A DNA stretch of 64,000 bases, taken from Ylistrum balloti. Its lineage: Eukaryota. Made by a program: the position numbers and the translations under genes. Below the pieces are notes generated by a model. That model saw only the letters and a program-made list of their open reading frames with translations, was not told the origin of the DNA and did no database searches. The stretch is from positions 620,001 through 684,000 of the forward strand of contig NW_026782461.1 of assembly GCF_031769215.1 (NCBI RefSeq), read 5' to 3'. Positions 62,890 to 64,000 of this stretch are shown here, piece after piece. Every line of letters starts with the position of its first letter. The stretch's first letter is position 1.

Positions 62890-64000
62890 AGAGATTATAG
62901 ATAGAATGGAGTGTTAAGAGAGTTAGAATTATTTGTATTAAGTATATTATTTACACAATTTCTCTATGTTCTAGTTTCATGGCATTCAACAGCTTGTTAT
63001 ATATAAATAATGGTTGTTTACGAGCTGTGGAGATAGAGTATATCATTTTTATGTTGCCATTTTTGTATCAAATTCTTCTATATTGATCCTTTTAGTCATA
63101 AGTGATATTGGACTGTCAAGATCACGATATGATAATTGGATGGTCAAGGTCACTATTATTCATTCATGTGAGACTTAATTTTATAAACCGATCCTTTTGA
63201 TAGCTAAGTTACAGAATCGCACAAGAGAAAGGATCATTTGGTTAAATTTGCAAGACTAATGATTTTACAATATTTGTTTTGATTGACGCCTTGTGCATAT
63301 ACAAGTCTTACAGTTTGTATGATAATGTGTTTGCATGATATTTTGTCATTGAAGTTGTGAAAAACTAGTCACAGCTTTAAAATTATGATCACCATTATGA
63401 AAATGGTTAATGTTCCACCGAGAATGGTGGAATTAACATAGAAATAGTGTGGGTTCCTCATTTGTCATACATGTGTGGTTTTCCACCATTTTATTGTATC
63501 ATACAGAAATATATGCCAGTCAAATGATTCAAGGAATGCCGATATTGGCATGATCAGTATTTCTTAGGAATGAGAGCTGGGTACATATATAAATATATAT
63601 ATATGTGGCTGTGTGATATATCAGGTTTGAGAAAAATGAAAATAAAAAAAAAAAATATCTGCACTAGCGTCCTGTTTTGTTTGATGTAATATTATGATTA
63701 GAATCACTTTGTATGGACTAAGACCATACTTTCATGACCTTATTGATAACCAGATAAGATCAGTGTAATCTACTTATTAAAACTATAAGTGTAATCGTGT
63801 ATCATGGAACCAATTTAGATTTTTACATTTGAAGGTCTTTGCCATTTTTTCTCCAGACCTATTGAAGAAATCATTATAAAACTTCATCAGTATAACTCTT
63901 GTTCTGGTTCTTGTCATTTGCCAGTTTGGATTATGAACTGCTAATGAAGATTAACATTAGGGTCCATTTCTGACTTTGATATGAATTTCGTCCCATTTGA

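Overview
This is AT-rich eukaryotic (animal) genomic DNA with spliceosomal GT-AG introns, not prokaryotic. It is most likely a bivalve mollusc, inferred from HINE-like repeats and an intronless B-box/beta-propeller gene. By splicing by hand I recover seven protein-coding genes. (1) The 5' part of GDP-fucose transporter SLC35C1 (- strand, runs off the left edge) lies head-to-head with (2) a complete 8-coding-exon tafazzin (262 aa). (3) An intronless RING-less B-box/coiled-coil/NHL-like TRIM-type gene follows. (4) An unrecognised ~390-400 aa predicted nuclear protein (- strand) diverges from (5) a ~2226-aa zinc-finger protein with 12 fingers, a ZFP91/ZNF692-like finger module and a histone-H1-like S/T-P-K array. 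(6) A 5-exon DPM3 (- strand) lies head-to-head with (7) a 7-exon TIMM17. Non-coding DNA holds several minisatellites, two copies of a CAGGG-TIR MITE with an apparent 6-bp TSD (one inserted in a 34-bp intronic satellite, plus a mosaic ghost copy), a TTAA piggyBac-type MITE, a long-TIR MITE and HINE-like elements. I found no CRISPR array, rRNA or tRNA. I cannot demonstrate a wholly new biological system. The best leads are the orphan nuclear protein, the H1-like array in the zinc-finger protein, the tafazzin motif substitutions, the 6-bp-TSD MITE family and the twice-repeated glycosylation-gene/mitochondrial-gene head-to-head layout. All exon models come from manual reading and comparison with remembered human sequences; no database search was run.
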